A stretch of 64,000 nucleotides of DNA from Trypanosoma brucei (lineage: Eukaryota): NCBI GenBank assembly GCA_000002445.1, contig CH464491.1, forward strand, positions 3,392,001 through 3,456,000. The letters are read 5' to 3'. The translations under genes were made by a program, and so were the position numbers. The notes under the pieces are model-generated. The model had not been told where the DNA came from, did not search any database, and saw only the letters and a list, made by a program, of their open reading frames with translations. This document shows positions 45,583 through 57,240 of this stretch, piece by piece. Every line of letters starts with the position of its first letter. Position 1 is the stretch's first letter.

Positions 45583-46188
45583 TGCTTTACTGTTGAGAGT
45601 AGTGTCAGAACTTATATCTACGAAACGCAGGTGTAAATCAAAGAGGGTGTAAAGGGGGGGGTGGAATGGAAGGACAGAAACCAGAAGATGGGGCCTGGAA
45701 CGTGAGCAAATTAACTGCCGCCTCTTCAGCAACGGTTGTTTCCAACTTGGTGTCACCACGAAAGAAAGGTCAACGCCCATCGGCGAGGTTTTTCGCGCAA
45801 ATACATCTCAACGGGTCAACAAGTGGAGTATAATAAAAACGAGGGGTAAAAAAGGTCTGTAGCGGCAATGCACACCCACGGTTCGCTCCCAGAGAAAACG
45901 ACGCTAGGTAACTTATAGTGAAAAGGAAAAACAAGGTAGTATCGCGCAGTGGTGGCTGCCTCAACCATGATATCTATGAAAGGGAAGGGGCCACATCTAC
46001 CGCTGCCGTATGGGCCCAGATTAGTGCGCCGAACAAAGGCGAAACAATTTTATCATCATCTAGTCAGGGTTGACGCGATTTGGCAAGTACAAATGGTGAA
46101 AAACAAATACTCGGACGCTTAAATAACCCAACGATGCATTTTACCTATCTTGTTCAAAATTAATCGTCGCCGTGAGTCACTTTGGTGT

Positions 46189-47274
46189 TCATGTTGCCGT
46201 TGAAACAGATTGCTGAGCATCGCGGTGGGCCCGCTTTTCCGCGTAGGTTCGATTGGTCCTCCGCCTGTGCGGCTTCCTCGTGGCCGGCACAACCGCTTTA
46301 TCCGACGCACTTTCCCCCTCTCGTCTGGAAGCAGATGGGGTTGCAAATTCGTCGGGGCCTACGGAGCTCTGCACGCCACTGGAACTGTTGTTAGCATCGG
46401 TGTTTGCCTCCTTTTTGCTAACCATCTGAGTGCCAGACAACGAACCGAGGCCGCTGTGGGTGGTAAGATATTCCCACAACCCTAACGTGCGTGTGAATTG
46501 GAAGTATCGACTTCCGCCAGAAGACTTAAATAAAGAAACGTTAGCCATGGGCACGGCTGCTTCGGCTTCAGGTATTGGTAGAGAAGCACCACATCTGTCT
46601 TTCTTGTCTGCTGAAGCGGGGGGAGTGGCACTGCTGCCGTGGTTGCGAAAGGAACACTTCGGTTGCAAGCTAGAACACACCCTAACTTTTACGCTGTCAG
46701 TGCCTATTTTGGACCCCAATGCCTGCGACCAGCAACTTCGGTTTGGTGGCTCCCGTTGCCCCTGCTTCCGCCGCTCCTGTAGCTCACGCAACCGAGCAAC
46801 CATCCCCCTCTCGGTATCAAAACTTGCCCGTGATTCCAAATCAGATCCGCCCACATTCGACGGCTTCCCCCTCACAGGTCCATCGATGGTGACAATAGGC
46901 ACGTGCAGCCTCGGTGGAACTACGGCTCTCCTTGACTGGCTACTGGCATCGGCACATCCATCAAACGAACTAACACCACTCCCCACGACTACACACTCCC
47001 CAAAACCGTCTCTTTGTACCACAGGAGCACCCGACTCGCACACAGTGCCTAGACAGCTATCGGAGCCACTAACAACTGAAACCAACTTCGTCCCAAGCAC
47101 CTGCGGCGACCAATCGACCTTTTGCCGCTTTGTCACCCTGGTTTCGTGAAGCTCTAGCTCGCAGTCTGTGAGCATTGGACAGTCAACCTTTATCGGATTC
47201 GGAAAAGTATCTAGGCGGAGCGTGCTCCGGAGTGCTAGTAGCTCCTCCCTTGTGTAGCACTTCTTCTGCTGCAT
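46189..47274 (-). CDS. Hypothetical Ser-rich protein with an N-terminal YxxxxL-phi (eIF4E-binding-type) motif
   Basis: The ATG start is at 47274. Residues 7-15 are YTREELLAL. The rest is a low-complexity S/G/P-rich region with basic patches. Confidence 0.5.
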   Translation of the reverse strand: MQQKKCYTREELLALRSTLRLDTFPNPIKVDCPMLTDCELELHETRVTKRQKVDWSPQVLGTKLVSVVSGSDSCLGTVCESGAPVVQRDGFGECVVVGSGVSSFDGCADASSQSRRAVVPPRLHVPIVTIDGPVRGKPSNVGGSDLESRASFDTERGMVARLRELQERRKQGQREPPNRSCWSQALGSKIGTDSVKVRVCSSLQPKCSFRNHGSSATPPASADKKDRCGASLPIPEAEAAVPMANVSLFKSSGGSRYFQFTRTLGLWEYLTTHSGLGSLSGTQMVSKKEANTDANNSSSGVQSSVGPDEFATPSASRREGESASDKAVVPATRKPHRRRTNRTYAEKRAHRDAQQSVSTAT

Positions 47275-48793
47275 TGTCTAAAACCCACTCCAGAATGCAA
47301 AGCACAGATCCGAAGTGATGGAGAGGGAAATGTTGTTCTGAGATGATCTTCTCCCGCACGTACCCTTCCTCTTCCCCGCCCCACTTTCCCCCTTCTGCGC
47401 AACCCTCGCTGCTGCACCTCCTACCTCCGTCCGTTTCCCAATGAAATCGTAGCCACGGACCACTTCCCGGAGAGCGCAAAGAGAGGGAGGAAATGGCTGA
47501 AAGCTGCAAATTCTAGAAAATGGTAAGAACGTGCGCCAATATCCTCCTCAATAGGCGGCACCACCACCGAAAAAAAAACAGGTGAAAAATACGGAATGTG
47601 GAGCTGCTACGAGGACTTCCTCTAACAGGCGTCCTCTCCACAGCTCCTCCGCAGCGCTAGTTACTTCAGCTAAGATCCACAGGAGGTAAATGCACCCACA
47701 ATGGGAAGAAACTCATCATAAAGCGTAGAAATTAAGGCAAGATGAACAAAAAATGGGCGAGAGACAATGTGAACGAACTGAAGAGCGGCACCGTAAGAGA
47801 TAGGAAAGCACACGCACAGATTCATAAGTTAAAGAGAGAAGAGTAAACGCCCACAAACAGTGCCATACCGCGCTGCGTCAGCGTTTAGCGTGATTTAGTG
47901 ATGCATCTAGGTGGCACATGTTGTCTAAAACACACGTGCGTATCGTCCTCCACTCACAGGGACAAGCGGGGTGTCTTTAAGGGGGGAAATGCACGGAAGA
48001 AGTGTATGCTTTCCACCGAAGGTGTGCTGGCGGCAGGCGGTCAAACAAAAGTGACTACAAGATGGATGAAACCGCCGTTGTGATCCCGCTACCCGATAAT
48101 ACACAAAAAAAAACGTTAATTGCCTTCAAGTGTCCCCGCGTACGAATCCCATCCCATTTTCCCGTTACGCGTAGCACCTCTCCCGTTTCCACAACCTGCG
48201 TGGGGTCCCATGATCTTGATAGCATCAAGGGCAACCATCCCGTCTACCTGTCCCATCGTGAGTTGCGTAGGAAGGAATGAAGGGGAGACAAACCGACGGG
48301 ACAAAGTAAAAGATAATAGAAGAGTTGCGTAGTCCGAAAGAAAGGGAAAAAAGTAAGAGAAACAAGGAAAAGTATCAAAGAAAGGTGGAACGGGAATCAG
48401 GAGGATCTTTCATCAGAGAGCCCTTGCACTGAAGAATCCATTTATGTCAGCCGGATAACAATGAAAGATTGAGGAATAGGATGGTTACAGTGTCCCTCTC
48501 CCTTCCAGAAGCGGGGCAGTCACGGCAACGATCCAACAAAACAAAACACGAAAGGGTTTAAACAAGTGGACCACAAGTGTAGTACGTACGTTCTGACAAC
48601 TGCGCGCCTTTGGTGGTCGCAGCCTTTCTGGCACCACCCTCCTTTCCCCTACTTCACCAAACCCTTCTGCGATGCCTAAACCATTTCAGAGTAGCGACAA
48701 TGTCTTACCTGCTACACTTCTTCCTTCCCTTGTCTTTCCTTATTTACCTACTGGCTTCCGTCCCCATCACATCCTCTTCCCGTTCCTCACACT

Positions 48794-48816
48794 CCCTCCC
48801 TCCCTCCCTCCCTCCC
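48794..48816. repeat. (CCCT)n microsatellite
   Basis: ccctccctccctccctccctccc. Confidence 0.8.
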
Positions 48817-49787
48817 ACACGCCCGCACGCAACGTCGAAGCCCCTTCTCGCTTGATTGCCCCCATGGTCCCAAACACTTATCCGTCTCGCTCGATACTCG
48901 CATCGGCGACAGTTCAAAGGACCACAAGGCAGTATGGCCCGTCTTGGCACATGCATTGTGGCGCTGTGCAAGTACTCAATTGGCCATAATCAGGGAATGA
49001 AGGAATTACCCAAACGACTTGGGTCACATCACCAAGACCTGAGGCACAACGAGTCGTAAGAGCAGAGATAAGAAATGAAGAAACGGAAGTGGCACAAAAA
49101 AAAATTAAGTGAGGGAGTCAAAAAAAAAAAGGTGCCACAGGCAGTGATAATATTTAAAAAAAAGTGAGAAGAGATAGGGGGTGCAACGAAAAAAAAAAAA
49201 CACAGCATCAGTGCGGACGGCGCACGAGCTGGTGCAACTTCGAACACTTTCGCCTATGCATGCACGCATGCGAGCGTCTGTTTGATCTCAAACCCGCATC
49301 CGCCAAGTGACATGACGGCCTTTATATAATGTTGAGGTGCACGAAAGTGACCGCGGTAAAGGAAAACCAGTGAAAGTGAAGAAATCTTTAATCTCTAACT
49401 GTAAATGATCTATCTACGAAGTGTGCTTCAAAAAAAAAGGTCAACCTCGGTCTGCTCTCATGCATACAAATACGCACGCGGGTGTGAACACAGGTGGCCG
49501 GACGACCAAAAACAGCCCACCCACGAAGCGGAAGGATTACTACGAGGTAAAATAGCCTGTACCACCTTGTCAGTACTCCTCAAGATCTGTATAATAAGGA
49601 GTTATTATTGTTGCTGCGTTACTTCCTTCGGGCCATTAAAGGCACCAGGCTACCGACGACCCGCACGTAAATTGCCCTCCAAGAAAGGTTTTTGCCATCT
49701 TATCACACATCCTCCCGCCCGTCTAAGGGGGTGCCGCTCCATTCAACCGTTTACCAGCGGCGCCGGAACGTGCCAAAAGCGAAATAA

Positions 49788-51581
49788 TCATATGAAGTAC
49801 GCGGCAGACACACTCAAATCTTGGGGTGTGAAGGATGATCTGTGATGCCTCACACAATCTGATAACTTGGGGGTCGCATTCACCTCCTCGCTGCCTACTG
49901 GTGTGACGCCTGTTGGTGAAAGCGAAGCGTGAGTCGAAAGGCCACTACCCGCAGGTGTCAAAGGGAGATGCAAATACCCCACCGCCTGTCCTTTTTGAAG
50001 CGTAACTTGCACTGGGGATAATGTAGCACAAAAGTTAGATGCAGAAAGGCCAGCTGCAACACCACTACCGGCAGTTTCGCAAAAGCGGGCGGACGGCACA
50101 CATGTTGGTGTTGCTTCGTCTGATGGCCCCATTTTAGATCCGTCATCGACAGGTGTCCACTGGTATAATAATTCCTCTGCAGTCTCGCCCTCCGTCCCCA
50201 AAAATATCGTCGACAAATGCGCGTCCCGCAACAACCCGTCAGGGCCACGTCCTCCACGTGGGCTGTTCGTCATCGAAGCGATGGCCTTCGCCGTTACACC
50301 GCACACAGTCGAGCCGGGTGCTCCCTTGTCATCCATTGCCTCAGAAAAATCAGTGTGATACGAAAAGAGCGTACGGTTAGGAGGGTACCAAAAGCTATCC
50401 TCCTCTTCTTCCCCCACATCCTGCGATCCATCCTGAGTTCTCGCACCCCACGGCCCATTGCCCCCCACAAGGGCGCACCAGGTCCCCGGCGGGGACACAC
50501 CGGGGGATTTGCAGTGGGGTGAGCTCGTTTGACGCACGTGTGCGAGGAAAGCCTGTTGAAGCGACCGGAGTTTCTCGCGCTCAGAATGACTTATTGTAAC
50601 TGATGGCACGGGAGTCGATGTGGCATTCGAAATGCTACTGTTATTGGGTTCTTGGGCACCATATGCTGCACCGGCGAACGGAAACGGGAGATTGCCATCC
50701 CCGTCGAAGCCCCCAAGGCGCAGCTCCCGCGGTGTTAGTCCGATCTGCGCAGCCTCACGAACATCGTGCAACATGCCCGTGACATCATCCCCGTCATCGC
50801 TGGTATCCACGTCGTTTTTGAGCCCCCATACAGCATCCTGTCCAACAACACCGTACATGGGCACAAACGCATCGTAACACGCGAAAGCATCGCCTTCTAA
50901 ATCATACATCCATGGCGCTTGCTCCTGTTGGTCCCCAAATATAAACGGATCCGGGCCGCTTCCTGTTGGATAGACCCCATCTGTACCGGGTATGGCACAC
51001 AGATTGAAGCCATCCAGATTTGAATGCTCCTGTCCCATGTGGGTTTGGTAGCCTCCGTAGGTTGAGAACATCCCCGCGGGCCCCCCGAATAACGGCGGCT
51101 GAGGATATCCAAAGAATGCAGTTCCCATGGAGCACAACTCCTGCGATAGCTGATCGCGATTCTTCCGCTGTGCCACATTCGCTCTTTGTACAGACGGGGT
51201 ATTGACCGAGAACGGCTTTTCCTGTCTTGCAGGACGGCAAATATCCAACTTTCCTCCCCGAGGGGGGTGGCGAAGCATCACCTTAAGTACTTCAAGACTG
51301 TCACCCGGGAGTCTCCCCGACTGGACCAAAGATATCACGTGTGAGCGGAGATCAGAGATGGTGTCGAAAGATTTTGTCGGCCCATGTGGTTGGGCTCGCT
51401 TTTGCTCCCCACCAGCGAGACCCACGGTAACCTTAGGGACGGGCACCTCCGTCATATCCACGTTTTTGGTTTCCTCTCCAAAAGTTATTGACCCATTAAT
51501 TATATTCTGAGCGGATGGATGCTTTCTGTTGTGGTTATTTTTACCGCCCTGTTGGTGCCGCTGTTGCCACGACGAGTACAT
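49788..51581 (-). CDS. Hypothetical low-complexity protein (Gly/Pro/Ser-rich)
   Basis: The minus-strand ORF stays open up to 51815, but that ORF-track start is a GTG and the first in-frame ATG is at 51581. The true start is uncertain. Confidence 0.45.
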   Translation of the reverse strand: MYSSWQQRHQQGGKNNHNRKHPSAQNIINGSITFGEETKNVDMTEVPVPKVTVGLAGGEQKRAQPHGPTKSFDTISDLRSHVISLVQSGRLPGDSLEVLKVMLRHPPRGGKLDICRPARQEKPFSVNTPSVQRANVAQRKNRDQLSQELCSMGTAFFGYPQPPLFGGPAGMFSTYGGYQTHMGQEHSNLDGFNLCAIPGTDGVYPTGSGPDPFIFGDQQEQAPWMYDLEGDAFACYDAFVPMYGVVGQDAVWGLKNDVDTSDDGDDVTGMLHDVREAAQIGLTPRELRLGGFDGDGNLPFPFAGAAYGAQEPNNSSISNATSTPVPSVTISHSEREKLRSLQQAFLAHVRQTSSPHCKSPGVSPPGTWCALVGGNGPWGARTQDGSQDVGEEEEDSFWYPPNRTLFSYHTDFSEAMDDKGAPGSTVCGVTAKAIASMTNSPRGGRGPDGLLRDAHLSTIFLGTEGETAEELLYQWTPVDDGSKMGPSDEATPTCVPSARFCETAGSGVAAGLSASNFCATLSPVQVTLQKGQAVGYLHLPLTPAGSGLSTHASLSPTGVTPVGSEEVNATPKLSDCVRHHRSSFTPQDLSVSAAYFI

Positions 51582-54500
51582 TAACAGCAAGCGACTAACC
51601 TCCTCAATTGTTTTTTCCCCATCAGCCGCACTGTCGAAACCGGTACCATTTCGCTTCGCGCGAAGGTCTTCCAGAGAAACATCCGTTACCACTTTTGTAA
51701 TAGAACCAACTGGTTTCGCCCGCCGGCGCACATGCGTGGTGTTCACAGGTTTTTCCCTCAGGCCGCTCGCAAACGCATCACCAGCTGAAACAGTGGCACC
51801 CCCATTGTGCTCCACAAGCTGAGTTGCTGCGTTACGTCCATCACAATCAACACCAGCACGGCGCTGCCCACGCCGACCCCTCCGGCATCTCGCGGAGGCA
51901 CTGCTTCACATACTACAGCGGTGACCCGTTCACCGTTCGCGTTTTCAACAGTGTCTTTCACTGGAGACCCCATACAACAACTTTGTTTCCTTGTAACACG
52001 TGATATGTAACGTTGTGCTAGGTGAGCTTCGCCAGTGATGTTATCCCCACGAGCAAATGAAAGGTACAAAGAAGCAATTAATAGTCAGAAGAAATAAGCA
52101 CAAAAATCAGCATCACAAACATAAACTCGCGGAAGAAAATTCATGTGCCCACATGAATCTCAGTAAACTCTGCAGCACGTAGAGTATGCTGTAACTGCAC
52201 TTCACAAGGAATAGCAGAATACAAAAAAAAAAAGACTTCACCTAAGCCGTTAATTTATGCAGTACTCACTGAAGCAGACAATGGTGGAAAAGAATCTGCT
52301 GTAACCCAATGGGAGGACGCTCAGAAGGAAAAAACAAATAACGGCTTAAATGAGCAAACCACTAAAACGGAACCCCATGTTCTGTAGACGTAACCTGTGG
52401 AAACGCCAGAGATTAGTGGACTCGAGTCATCAGCATTGCTACTGTCCAGAACATCTGTTACGACATGCCGTTCGGCACACACTATTTTTTTAGAAAAAGA
52501 TGCGAAGCAGTAACTTTTAACCACAAATGAGTGGCTCCGCGTCGAGAACCGTTTCCTGACAAATGACGAGCCGTAACGAGGATAAAATGCAGCACATGAA
52601 CGATTCCCCTCATTTAAAAGAACATTATGAGTGAGGTACCAGTGGTGCCACATCTACATCTAAGAGATGGTTTATGCACCCCAACGTAATTTGCAAATAT
52701 CAACGATATATGATCGTTTTTTGTTGTTGTTGTTTTTCTGTGAAGGGAGAGGGGGAAAGCAACATACGCGGTACATGTATATATGCTTTAATATTGATAA
52801 ACGGTGAGTCGCGTGCGCGACTTCAGAAGAAGGACGACGTCACCGCACGGCGTCCCCAACTCCTGCGAACGCGTTTGTTGCTCTCACTCGGAAAGAGCTG
52901 TCATTCATCCGGAAACCCTAGCGGAAAATCACCACGGAAAGGTGGCGTCGGCACGACAAACAATCCACAAGGTTAGAGAGAGGTGAGAGTGTCACACGCC
53001 TCAATAGTTACAGTGAAACCACCTAGAAACACCTCAAAACTATATGGCAACGGATATGCATCCGCAAGGTTATGATATGGTTCTGAACGGTAAGTATAAA
53101 AATGCAAAACACGCACGCAGCCAATATGCACAAAAAAGTCTTAGTAATTACCGCACTCACCCGAAACCAAAATCTCGAAGTCGTTTGTACACCTCGTCCC
53201 GAAGCTGATAAATACCCAGGCTCTCCAAATTCATCACATGAGTTATTGCATACCATAACTAACCACACATATGCGTACATTATTACTGCGCCAAGCCTCG
53301 TGTCACGATTACCAAAGTTTCATTAATATTGAGCATAGAAACGGTGAGAATCGATCGTACATCAATTTTAAATAGTGCGATCACACGCTGTGTGTCGAGT
53401 TAACGATCAGAAGCTGACTACTGTCCCCGTGAAAGGGAAACTTGCACGCGAAACTGCACCTTGACCTCCACCACCGAAACGGAACGTGAGCATCCATGAG
53501 TGACCAAATGAAGCCACGGTACCTCTGCATGTATGAATCACATGTCACAGAAGGTGAGACGTACATAAATAAGAAAACGAGGACTCCTCGTATAGAAAGG
53601 ATTATTAGTACATTACTTGCATTTCCCCCGTTGTAGCCAGTTTTGTTGTTGTTTAGTCAAAGTCTCTAGACAGCAGACCACCCCGTAGAGTGGCATAAGG
53701 AACCATGAGAAAAGAGCAGCATGCAAGCAACGGAGCCAACAAGTACTTGAATACCAGTAGCTCCCCCAGCCGCCATGACAACCCGACAGATGCCACACCC
53801 TTCTGTGGACCATATTAAAGACCTCATTTAAGATTTGACACGTTAACGCCGTATGTTATGCTTCAGCCAATCGAATTTGCGGAATGTCTGCAAAATTATC
53901 CCCATATTTCCTCAAAACACGATGCTGTTGTTTCCGAGTCAGTAGGGATCGCACCTCTACACCATAGGCAGCAGATGATTTCCATATCTTATGGGGAACA
54001 CGACAACCTCAACATAAACACGATTCATCTTATCCAGTCACGGCGCCTACCTTTGATACTATAAAGAGATAATATGGATAATAATCGGGGGTCGTACACG
54101 GAAACCCCTGTAAGATATCATTGGAGTGCATATCACTGTTTATTCACACTTTACCGAAACCGGGTGCTGCGCCATAACGGCACAAGAGGGAGTATTATCT
54201 GGTATACCAAAACTAAATGCGTAAGGACTACTACTCAAATTTCTTTGAAGCCCTTATCCACTTCTGCCACCAACACCGGCGTTCACATACAGCTCGTAAC
54301 CTCTCCCCATGGCACAGTAAGCAGGAACACTAACACATAAACAAACAATATAATTTTTTCCATGCAGGTAATCCGACAATACAACAACCCACTGGAATGA
54401 TTTTCTTCATGCTAACTTTATCCCACGTTGAAAGGGGGCCGTGTCACACCAACAAGGCTGTATATAGATAACATGTATGCAAAGTGGCTCTAACTCCAGT

Positions 54501-56301
54501 TTATCCTTAATACCCATCATTTCGGAGAGGCAGCAGACTAGTGTTTTACAAACTTAAAAACCGCGACTGACTTGTGTCCCCATGCACACACATTTAAGCC
54601 ATTTAAGCTGGGGAAACTGCAAACCACAGCGTAACATGTAGAGACTGTGAAGGGGTAGAAAAAACGAACCGGAAATAATCCGGGAGATGTTTCCAATAAG
54701 CGTCAAAAGAGGATAACCCGGAGGTATTATCCAAAACACTGGTCAGTGATAAAAGATTTCGTCAAGTGTAAAAATAATATCATCAGATGCTACTCCTAAT
54801 TCTTTTAATGTTGACACAATCCGACCCATGTAAGCCTTAAATATTACAGCACAGCAAAGGCATACAGTAGTCACACAAAAATAAAATACAACCCCAACCC
54901 ACGTCGAATTTCCTCAAATGTTAAACAAATTATCGCGTTCATTGTAGCGTGGCAACCTCCATAACCAAGTTTTTTTCCGGGTATGCAGAAGGTTGTGGAT
55001 AGACGAACTGAACGGAATTCCACGCAAGCAAATCCTACAGAAGTTCTGGAGTACTTTTAACACCTCAGGGTCCGTAATATTCGGCGTATTTTCAAAGTTT
55101 CAATAAAACCGAGATACGTCACCGGCTATTTCCGATATAAGAGCGTTCTTCACAAAATTAACAGGAAAGGTGTTTCAGCAAATGCCGAATATCAGTAGGC
55201 ACAAAAATGAGCATGTAAATCATTTTCTTTTCCCCGTTGTAAGGAACAGGTACCAGCGGGGATTGTTGTAACCGACTCATACTTTGTTTCGTACATCGAT
55301 AGCCTGTGTTGTGATGGAGAATGCGGTTTCACAATTCTTTTGACATGCTCTGTACACCCTTTCACCAAGCATGCGTGTTACAATTCCTCCTCATTTTTAA
55401 CATATCATTTAGGCCTAGCAAATTCTAAAGCCTGTATTGCGCCAAAACCTACGATGCAGTCCCTTGGACTAAAGTAATCATGTGCATGGAGGTGGTCCTG
55501 TTCCTGCCTAACACCGCGAGAGCGGTACTACAAAAAAATGAAGATAAATGAAGGAACCATAAAAAAAAACGTTTGGTGAAAGGTTGCATAACTGGAAATG
55601 CCCTTCCCCAAATCGGATCCCACCAAGTAATGCTCATTGCCACGTTGTGCCAAAAAGGGGGGCAGTCGGTTATTTCCCGAATCAAGCCACCCCAATGTCT
55701 ACGTTGAGTTTAACCTCTGTCGGGTCGGTAAACGAGCAGAGTAGTAGAGACATTAATTTCAATGTCAATCAACTGTGAATTTTCTCGCCCAATACCCGAA
55801 AGATGCAAATACGGAAATTTTACAACTGAGTTCCCCGCTCCTTGTATGGCACAGATCAACGTCTTAGGAAGTCTAGACCCAACTCCTCCATACCCGAATG
55901 TCTATGACTGAGAAACACAACCAAGTAAAATTAATGTGACTCTTTTCTACGTGTCAGAGTGCACGCCGATGAACAGAGGTGGACTACACACACCACCAAT
56001 TGTTAATGTCTACAAAAGGTGTCGTCAGGTGAGAAAAACAAAACACTTAATCTCAGATAATTTGCCTCAGCTGTGAGTTCTACCAATGTGCAAGAATTTC
56101 AATTACGTTTGCCTGCACCACCGACTTGCAATACACGTCCCCGATTCTCTCTTTTTTATACGAACCCTTAAATGGATAAATCAACGACAATAAGGAAGAG
56201 CGGAAATGCTGCAAGAGGTAGTTGATCAATTGTTAATATAAAGTGAAGCTCGAATGTGGGGAAAAAAAATTGCCGTGAAAACAGCAAAGGAAACAGAGTA
56301 G

Positions 56302-57240
56302 TCACAAAAACAGTTGTGAAAACGAGACATCGCAATAGACACATGCCTTTGAAGGTTGATTGGGGTGCTCTAAGTAGTCTAACCTTCCATTTTTCTCATT
56401 TGTCCGCTTAGCGGAGAAGTGGATGGTTTTCCTGAAGTTTGTAGTCCCTGGTAGCGAGTTATACTGGTATCCGTGTTCCACACCAAGGTGTGCAACCGAG
56501 GAACCATCTTCGTTAAGGTGAGCAACATAAGAATATAACATATTTTTCCCCGTAAAAAGATGCCAATGTGCTTCAAGGTAGTTCACCGGACACCCTTCCT
56601 TGCATACATATACCCTTCCACGAGTCATCCGACGAAGTGAAAAGTGGCGACAGCCAAAAAATGCGTTACGTATCCTCCCAGTGTTTAAAAGTGTTCGTTT
56701 CGCAATGTCCTTTAGATTTTCCACTGAGGCAAAATCGTCGGTACAAAACACATCTTGAGATTCAACGGGTGCTCCTGCGCCTGACTCACTCCCCCGCTCT
56801 GCTATGTTTCGCCTAATTTCCCTGATAAGAAGGTCCTTTCGCTCGTTTCGTTCCAAACCGGTGCGGGAGGAGATGGGAGGATGTCGAAATTGCGAAGAAC
56901 TCAATTTCGCCTCATCCAAGCTCTTCTCTATATATGAAAGCAAACGATCAGAATCACCTAGTCCCTGTGGGTCACCACCAAAGACGTACTGCGGCTCCGA
57001 ACCGGAACGGTGTTCAAGTTTGAATCCAATGATGCTAAACAATGCTTCTACAACCGAATCGGGTATACCCCGTACTGCGCTCTGAACAGCCGCATTATTC
57101 ATGCGAACGGCACGAAAAGTAGGATTGTCGGGGTTTAGAAGAATATTTGCTAAAAGACGTCGAAACAGCTTACTTACCGCTTTGCTAAGGGCATCCGGAG
57201 CGCACTGTGCGATTATTCCATCCACCTCTTCCAAACGCAT
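56302..57240 (-). CDS. PUB (PNGase/UBA-or-UBX) domain protein, likely a p97/VCP-binding adaptor, with a Cys/His-rich C-terminal region
   Basis: A PUB-domain signature is present: NILLNPDNPTFRAVRMNNAAVQSAVRGIPDSVVEALFSIIGF. The ORF-track start at 57267 is a TTG; the first ATG is at 57240. Confidence 0.55.
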   Translation of the reverse strand: MRLEEVDGIIAQCAPDALSKAVSKLFRRLLANILLNPDNPTFRAVRMNNAAVQSAVRGIPDSVVEALFSIIGFKLEHRSGSEPQYVFGGDPQGLGDSDRLLSYIEKSLDEAKLSSSQFRHPPISSRTGLERNERKDLLIREIRRNIAERGSESGAGAPVESQDVFCTDDFASVENLKDIAKRTLLNTGRIRNAFFGCRHFSLRRMTRGRVYVCKEGCPVNYLEAHWHLFTGKNMLYSYVAHLNEDGSSVAHLGVEHGYQYNSLPGTTNFRKTIHFSAKRTNEKNGRLDYLEHPNQPSKACVYCDVSFSQLFL

